From the NCBI GenBank assembly GCA_043802485.1, contig JAZDKZ010000006.1, positions 135,497 through 199,496 of the forward strand: a stretch of DNA of 64,000 nucleotides, written 5' to 3'. Source of the stretch: Candidatus Aenigmatarchaeota archaeon (GTDB lineage Archaea; Aenigmatarchaeota; Aenigmatarchaeia; Aenigmatarchaeales; Aenigmatarchaeaceae). The notes below the pieces were generated by a model. That model did no database searches, was not told the DNA's origin, and was given only the letters and a program-made list of their open reading frames with translations. The position numbers were made by a program, and so were the translations under genes. Shown here in pieces: positions 58,808-64,000 of this stretch; the stretch's first letter is position 1; the number at the start of each line of letters is the position of its first letter.

Positions 58808-59350
58808 ATGACTAACTTGATAAACATGGTATGTCCGCCAGGAACAAGCTGCGCATTAATGGGTGGATTCGGTTTGCCAGAAATATTATTGTGGGTGTTG
58901 TCATTCGCAATAGTCTACACAGCTACGACAAAACTGAATTTCATGGGCAAAAAGCCAGCATTGCTAGCATCATTAGCAATCAGCTTTTTCGTCTTAATGG
59001 CAGCTCCAGCGGCTTTGATAACAGCAATAGCAGGCATGTCAACAGGTTTCCTTGCATTGATGACAGGCGCAATAGTAATAATTGCTCTGTTCGGTGCATT
59101 CAGACCTATGCAACTCAAATATAAAGCAAATAAAGATGGGAAAATGGTTTTAGACGAGCAAAATGACATGTTAGCACAACACTCAACAGCAGTATCTGTT
59201 GTGTTGCTGTTAGCAGCTGGTTTGATATTCTGGACATACGGCGGAGCACAGTTGATAGGAATAACATCTATTCCTTCGATAGGTGCTGTGCCATGGATAT
59301 TGGTCATAATCGGTGCAGCAGTCTTGTGGATGCTTACAGGAAAAGATTAG
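58808..59350 (+). CDS. Small polytopic membrane protein, family member 4
   Basis: 180 aa. LLWVLSFAIVYTATTKLN...ISFFVLMAAPA...IPSIGAV is collinear with member 3. AGGTGA lies upstream of the ATG. Confidence 0.6.
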   Translation: MTNLINMVCPPGTSCALMGGFGLPEILLWVLSFAIVYTATTKLNFMGKKPALLASLAISFFVLMAAPAALITAIAGMSTGFLALMTGAIVIIALFGAFRPMQLKYKANKDGKMVLDEQNDMLAQHSTAVSVVLLLAAGLIFWTYGGAQLIGITSIPSIGAVPWILVIIGAAVLWMLTGKD

Positions 59351-59382
59351 AAGTAGCAAACCAAGGCTAGTGATTTCAGTGA

Positions 59383-59404
59383 CCTTTTTTTTCTTTTTCT
59401 TTTA
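59383..59404 (+). terminator. Oligo-T tract (T8 then T5) after the membrane-protein array
   Basis: CCTTTTTTTTCTTTTTCTTTT in a convergent intergenic region. Archaeal terminators are typically oligo-T. Confidence 0.45.
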
Positions 59405-59436
59405 TCTTATCAGCATAAGCTATATTTCTAAAAGAA

Positions 59437-60174
59437 TCAGTCTCTATAAGAAGGCTGTTTCTCGCTCTTTACCTTGTCAATCAGTTCGGTCATGTTCTTG
59501 ATGTTCTGTGACAATTCTGGTAGGAAATCCTTGAAAACCTTCTCTATGGAACCGATTCTTCCTTCGATGTGCTCGACAGAGCCGCCGAAATCATCTAACT
59601 TGGAGGTAAGGCCCGTATCCCTCTGCTTGATGGAAGTCTCTAGCTCCTTTATCCTCTTCCTTAGGTCATCTAGCTGGGATTGAAGCATCATGTCCCTTCT
59701 CTCATAATCAAGCAGCCTCTCCTCGAACTCTTGCCATTTCTCCTCGACAATGCCCTCGATAATCTCCTCGATGGTAATCTCGCCCATAGGGCTCTCTGCC
59801 TGTCTGACATCTGTCTGCTCAAAGGTAAAGGGCTGGGCAGCCTGCTGGGCAGGAATCTGTCTTGGCTCGTCCGGCGACACTAGTCTCTCAGGGGGATAGC
59901 CCAAAGGCATGGGATGCCGCTGGATATCCATTGACATGGGCTCTGGCATCTGTATTGCAGGCGGCGCCTGCATATGAGGCATCTCAGAGCTAACCTTCTC
60001 CTTTACAGCAATCCTCAAGGCTTTTTCAATAACATCGCCTGAAAAGCCCTGATTTTGTAAGTGGTTCCTTATCTCATTCTCAGAAAGACCTTGTGAGGCA
60101 TAACTCAGAACAAGGTCGACAGGAACGTAAACCTTCTTTACTTCAGGATGCTTTTTCTTCGGCAGTAAAAACAT
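59437..60174 (-). CDS. Hypothetical protein: small helical N-domain, Pro/Gln-rich linker, C-terminal coiled coil (245 aa)
   Basis: Open frame. Heptad-rich C-terminus (LQSQLDDLRKRIKELETSIKQRD...). No family recognised. Confidence 0.5.
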   Translation of the reverse strand: MFLLPKKKHPEVKKVYVPVDLVLSYASQGLSENEIRNHLQNQGFSGDVIEKALRIAVKEKVSSEMPHMQAPPAIQMPEPMSMDIQRHPMPLGYPPERLVSPDEPRQIPAQQAAQPFTFEQTDVRQAESPMGEITIEEIIEGIVEEKWQEFEERLLDYERRDMMLQSQLDDLRKRIKELETSIKQRDTGLTSKLDDFGGSVEHIEGRIGSIEKVFKDFLPELSQNIKNMTELIDKVKSEKQPSYRD

Positions 60175-60548
60175 TATCTCAAATCCCTAATAATCCTTCG
60201 GACGTCTTCCTTTGTTACAAAGTTTGTCTTTAATGGATTAAATAACTCTATCATGTTCTCCAATTCCCTCAATTCTGTCCTCTTGGCCATCTTTTCCATG
60301 TTCTTGTTCATCCTTAATAATTCATTGTCGAACCTCAATATATTGTTTTCAATTTCAGTCAATCTCTGGTCCAGGTCTTCGCTAAGGGCCCTCCTCTCCT
60401 CGTTTATTTTTAGCAAGGCATCCTGCAAGGTGGAGGTACGGCCTTCGATAAGGGACGACCTTTCCTCTAGGTCTCTCAACCTTCTGGTCGTCTCGTTAGC
60501 CCTTCTTACCAACTCGTTGAGAATAGCTTGGATATTTCTTTCTGCCAT
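60174..60548 (-). CDS. Hypothetical coiled-coil protein (124 aa)
   Basis: Open frame overlapping the downstream gene start by 1 nt. Heptad-rich throughout. Confidence 0.45.
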   Translation of the reverse strand: MAERNIQAILNELVRRANETTRRLRDLEERSSLIEGRTSTLQDALLKINEERRALSEDLDQRLTEIENNILRFDNELLRMNKNMEKMAKRTELRELENMIELFNPLKTNFVTKEDVRRIIRDLR

Positions 60549-60622
60549 TATATCACATTATTATTTTAAAATCGCCATTTATATATAATTATTGAATTTT
60601 CATATTAAAGTTAGGTGTTATA

Positions 60623-62854
60623 GTGGTTTTTGAGACAGATGTGAAAGATGGAGTTCTAAGGATGAACTGCCTAGGTTCGATATTCGGCTTTACTGTCGAG
60701 GATTCTGACGTTGTCATGGCCCGCGTCATAGAGAAGCTGATAGAGGAGAAGAGGGTTGTGAGCGTTGTTCTTGCCGAGACCCGTGAATACGAGTATGATT
60801 ATGACCAGACAAGGATGCTGAAGGAGATTGCCAATGTAGTGACAGTGGCTGTGAAGGAGAAGAAGCTGCTGTCTGTCAGAAACATCGCTGTGGGTGAATG
60901 CTCCAAATATCTGGCCCAGTGGTACGGCTGGATCAGGGACCTTGTCACCTTGCAGATGAGAGGCGACCCGATAGGAGCCTATGTTTCCCTGAACAGGGAG
61001 ATACGCCATCTGAAAACAAAGATGGTTTCTGATGAATACGTCAACTGCATAAAGTACTATCTTGACAACTGTTTGATGCCTTTGAAAGACATGCTCGACG
61101 CAACAGAGCTCATAGACAAGGCAAAGCCCTACGTGTCAGGCTACCATATCGGCGACAGGTCACTTTACAGAAGGTTCTTCAAGCCCACCATAAGGCCGAA
61201 CTTTATGTATACCAAATTCATGGCCCAGCCGCCACCTGGTGAAACTGTAGCAAGGTATAAGGTAGGAGATACGGACGTCGAGATTTTCAAGGTCCCTGGC
61301 AAGGTGCGTTACATCTACCACGCTGTCCCGCCAGAGTTCAAGCTGAACGAGGACGAGTACAACTTGTTGGATGCTGCCCGTAGAATTTTGGAGGAAAGAA
61401 GACCTAAAGAACTGGAGATGACCGGACAGCAGAGGATGAGGGAAATATTCCATACATTAAGTTTAGATCTATTAAGAGATTTGGCAGAGGAAGCTGGCAA
61501 GACTTTCGAGCCAGGCCAGTTGGAGAAGCTAGCCGAGATATTGACAAGGTACACGGCCGGTCTGGGTATTCTCGAAGTCTTGCTAAAGGACGACAAGATA
61601 CAGGACATTTTCATCAACTCACCAATGGGAAACATCCCTGTTTATATTTATCACCAAGATTATGAGGAATGCGAAACCAACCTTGTCCCGACAAGAGAGG
61701 ACGGAGACAGGTGGGCAACCCGTTTCAAGCTATTGTCTGGAAGGCCCTTAGACGAGGCCAATCCTGTTCTTGATTCAGAATTCGTTGTGCCTGGCGGAGT
61801 GGCCAGAGTCGCAGCCATTAATCCGAGACTGTCGCCTGACGGCTTGGGCTTTGCAATAAGAAGGCACAGATTCAAGCCATGGACTTTCCCTCTTTTCATG
61901 AAAGAGAAATACTTTGATTCGTTGTTCGGAGGCCTGCTATGGTTTATCGCATCCTACGGAAGGACCATACTTGTGGCAGGCACAAGAGGTGCCGGAAAGA
62001 CCTCTTTATTGGGAAGCATGATGCTCCAGATTCTCCCATATTACAGGATTGTTACATCAGAAGATACGCTGGAACTTCCTGTTGAGCAACTGAGGGTTTT
62101 GGGCTATAACATAGAAAGGTTGAAATCAAGATCTGTCATCACAAGAGTGGAGTTGGAACTGCCGGCAGAGGAAGTGATAAGGACTTCTTTGAGATTAGGC
62201 GACTCTTGTCTGTTCATAGGCGAAATCCGTTCGACAGAGGCAAGAGCCTTGTTTGAGGCCATGAGAATCGGGGCTATGGCCAATGTTGTCGCCGGAACAG
62301 TTCACGGCGACTCTGCCTACGGAGTTTACGACAGAATCATCAACGACCTGGGAGTACCTCCTACCAGTTTCAAGGCAGTCGATTTCATTGTTGTTTGTAA
62401 TAAACTGAAGACTTCTGACGGCCTGAGAACCTTCAGAAGAGTGACCGAGATAACAGAGGTGAGAAAGCACTGGAAGAAGTATCCGGACGACGAGGGCGGC
62501 TTTGTCAACCTCATGGAGTACGACTCGACAACTGACAAGCTGAAGGCTACTGACACGCTTCTGAACGGAGAGTCTGTCATTCTGAACCAGCTAGCTTCCA
62601 ATGTTCCTGGATGGGCAGGAAGATGGGACTATGTCTGGGACAATATCAACCTGAGGGCAAAGATTCTGGAAACAATCCTCAGAATATCGGAAGAAATGGA
62701 CAAGCCGGATCTACTGGAAGCAGAGACAACTGTAAAGGTCAACCAGATGTTCCACACACTTTCCGAGAAATCCAGGAAGGAACTGGGCCACATAGACTCC
62801 AAGAGAGTCTACGAGGAATGGCTTGAATGGTTTAAAGAATACGCAAGTGTCTAA
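60623..62854 (+). CDS. Type II/IV secretion-system family ATPase (FlaI/PilB/VirB11-like) with a long N-terminal extension
   Basis: 743 aa. Walker A GTRGAGKTS, Asp box/Walker B SCLFIGEIRSTEA and His-box-like VAGTVHG. The GTG start lies 5 nt after AGGTG. Confidence 0.85.
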   Translation: MVFETDVKDGVLRMNCLGSIFGFTVEDSDVVMARVIEKLIEEKRVVSVVLAETREYEYDYDQTRMLKEIANVVTVAVKEKKLLSVRNIAVGECSKYLAQWYGWIRDLVTLQMRGDPIGAYVSLNREIRHLKTKMVSDEYVNCIKYYLDNCLMPLKDMLDATELIDKAKPYVSGYHIGDRSLYRRFFKPTIRPNFMYTKFMAQPPPGETVARYKVGDTDVEIFKVPGKVRYIYHAVPPEFKLNEDEYNLLDAARRILEERRPKELEMTGQQRMREIFHTLSLDLLRDLAEEAGKTFEPGQLEKLAEILTRYTAGLGILEVLLKDDKIQDIFINSPMGNIPVYIYHQDYEECETNLVPTREDGDRWATRFKLLSGRPLDEANPVLDSEFVVPGGVARVAAINPRLSPDGLGFAIRRHRFKPWTFPLFMKEKYFDSLFGGLLWFIASYGRTILVAGTRGAGKTSLLGSMMLQILPYYRIVTSEDTLELPVEQLRVLGYNIERLKSRSVITRVELELPAEEVIRTSLRLGDSCLFIGEIRSTEARALFEAMRIGAMANVVAGTVHGDSAYGVYDRIINDLGVPPTSFKAVDFIVVCNKLKTSDGLRTFRRVTEITEVRKHWKKYPDDEGGFVNLMEYDSTTDKLKATDTLLNGESVILNQLASNVPGWAGRWDYVWDNINLRAKILETILRISEEMDKPDLLEAETTVKVNQMFHTLSEKSRKELGHIDSKRVYEEWLEWFKEYASV

Positions 62855-64000
62855 ATGTTCAAAAAGAAAAATAAAGTTGACAAGGCTCTTGAAAAAGCCA
62901 ATATAGTAAAGAAGGAACAGCTAAAAAAAGCCCTGAAGACGACTGAGATACAAATGCCTGAAGAGAAGAAGTTTGTTCCGTATGCCACCGAATATATCAG
63001 CTTCATGCAAGAGATAAAGCAAAAGCCTGTAACGCTTTACGAAAAGGCGTGTTCTGTCGCTGAAAAAATATTTCCTGTGAAACCTGACGAGAAAGCGGAA
63101 GACAAGATAGACACTGCGTTGAAGGCGGCTTACATCAACGCAACGCCAAAGGGCGTTTTCTCTTTGACCGTCCTGATGACTGTACTCCTAATCATGATTG
63201 TCATGGTAGGAGTTATACTTGGATTAGGAATGGTTATCGGACTTGTAGGTCTAATACTATCAACTGTCGCCTTCTTCTATCTTTACAACTACCCAGAATC
63301 AGAAGCAAAGACAATGAGGATGAGGATGTCGTCCGACAGCGTGCTCGCCATCCTGTACATGATAATATACATGAGAGCATCCCCGAATCTGGAGGGTGCA
63401 ATAAGATTCGCGTCACAGTACCTGGACGGTCCGTTGGCATGGGACCTAAGGAAGCTGCTGTGGGATATAGAGGTGGGAAAATACGCTTCTGCTGATTTTG
63501 CCCTGATAGACTACATAAACAGATGGAAGGACAAGAACAGGGAATTCTCCGAAGCCTTGAACCTCCTAAGAGGCTCCCTGGTAGAGGAGAAAAGAAGAGA
63601 GATGGTCTACGAAGAGACAATAAACGTCATACTCAACGGCACAAGGGAGAGAGCCAGGCACTATGCAGCAGACCTGAGAATGCCCATGATGCTGATATAC
63701 GCGCTAGGCGTCCTGCTACCTGTGATGGGCCTTATTCTGTTCCCTGTGATAATGATATTCATATCAGACACAGTGAAACCGTCAATTGTATTCTTGGGCT
63801 ATGACGTAATACTGCCTGCTGCCCTATATTTCATTGTCAGCTATCTGCTTTCGTCCAAGCCAACGACTTTCTCGCCGCCAGACATTTCAAAAGCCAAGAA
63901 TGTCCCGTTGATGGGCAAGATGGCACTAGGAAAAAAGATGGTTCCTATACTGCCGATATCGATTGCAATAGCCGTACCCTTTATCATAGTGGGTTTCACG
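62855..64000 (+). CDS. FlaJ/TadC/PilC-like polytopic platform protein (3' end outside the window)
   Basis: ATG lies 1 nt after the ATPase stop. The frame is open for 382 codons to the window edge, so it is missing from the ORF track. It has a TM pair and a cytoplasmic domain (RASPNLEGAIRFASQYLDGPLAWDLRKLLWDIEVG) resembling a T2SS-F domain, then further TM helices. Confidence 0.55.
   Translation, partial: MFKKKNKVDKALEKANIVKKEQLKKALKTTEIQMPEEKKFVPYATEYISFMQEIKQKPVTLYEKACSVAEKIFPVKPDEKAEDKIDTALKAAYINATPKGVFSLTVLMTVLLIMIVMVGVILGLGMVIGLVGLILSTVAFFYLYNYPESEAKTMRMRMSSDSVLAILYMIIYMRASPNLEGAIRFASQYLDGPLAWDLRKLLWDIEVGKYASADFALIDYINRWKDKNREFSEALNLLRGSLVEEKRREMVYEETINVILNGTRERARHYAADLRMPMMLIYALGVLLPVMGLILFPVIMIFISDTVKPSIVFLGYDVILPAALYFIVSYLLSSKPTTFSPPDISKAKNVPLMGKMALGKKMVPILPISIAIAVPFIIVGFT

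Noticed and set aside
63234-63804. ORFs 63234-63620 (-) and 63523-63804 (+).
   Set aside because: Both lie inside the long uninterrupted frame of the FlaJ/TadC-like gene (62855 to the window end). They have Arg/Ser/Pro-rich shadow-ORF composition.
1-64000. Search for rRNA genes, additional tRNAs, integrases or transposases, toxin-antitoxin pairs and known defence systems.
   Set aside because: None was recognisable by eye. Only three tRNAs were found, via their T-arm (GTTCRAWTC) signatures, and the only mobile-type genes are the LAGLIDADG and HNH-like ORFs. A computational scan (tRNAscan-SE, Infernal/Rfam, DefenseFinder/PADLOC) is needed to confirm their absence.

Overview
This is a densely coding segment (roughly 90 percent) of an archaeal chromosome. 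By eye the GC content is about 40 percent, with several AT-richer patches. The archaeal origin is supported by PCNA, a primase, GINS, aIF2-alpha, Nop10, RpoK, ribosomal proteins L44e and S27e, deoxyhypusine and diphthine synthases, archaeal-type AspRS, a geranylgeranyl reductase, and BRE/TATA-like boxes (AAAGCTTTAWATA) upstream of many genes. A fused PriS-PriL primase, a shortened SMC, a shortened enolase and a multi-intron tRNA suggest a reduced, DPANN-like genome. That lineage call is an inference only.

Content from left to right:
- End of a heavy-metal P-type ATPase, a Nudix hydrolase and a DsbA-like protein.
- ROK kinase, then an aminotransferase with indolepyruvate:ferredoxin oxidoreductase iorAB.
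- An oxidative-stress and thiol island: desulforedoxin-like protein, rubrerythrin, and a DUF5320-DUF134-thioredoxin-membrane thioredoxin operon with palindromic operators.
- tRNA-Cys fused to a cysK-cysS operon.
- An informational block: enolase, rpoK, PAC2, nop10, aIF2-alpha, S27e, L44e, GINS and primase.
- Deoxyhypusine synthase, LemA/TPM, PCNA and tRNA-Pro.
- A 752-aa cysteine-rich surface protein that ends in an LPXTG-type sorting signal.
- Tmk, a HAD hydrolase and archaeal ThyA.
- ScpB, ScpA, a COG2403 protein, an HNH-like gene and a short SMC.
- Geranylgeranyl reductase with its ferredoxin, AspRS and RNase HII.
- An initiator-type tRNA-Met with two bulge-helix-bulge introns, overlapped antisense by a LAGLIDADG endonuclease gene.
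- HypC-like genes, a HycI protease and a seven-gene minimal Mbh-type group 4 [NiFe]-hydrogenase operon that ends in an EamA transporter.
- Two P2-type cation ATPases flanking a CaCA exchanger.
- AMMECR1, two Trm5/TYW2-family methyltransferases and diphthine synthase.
- An 8-kb block (56.0-64.0 kb) made mostly of unrecognisable genes. It holds a soluble Gly/Asn-rich protein, four paralogous small polytopic membrane proteins and two coiled-coil proteins, next to a type IV-filament-like ATPase and platform protein. No pilin gene is visible.

That last block is my best candidate for an undescribed envelope or secretion-associated system. All coordinates were hand-counted and may be off by a few nucleotides. 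No database search was run.
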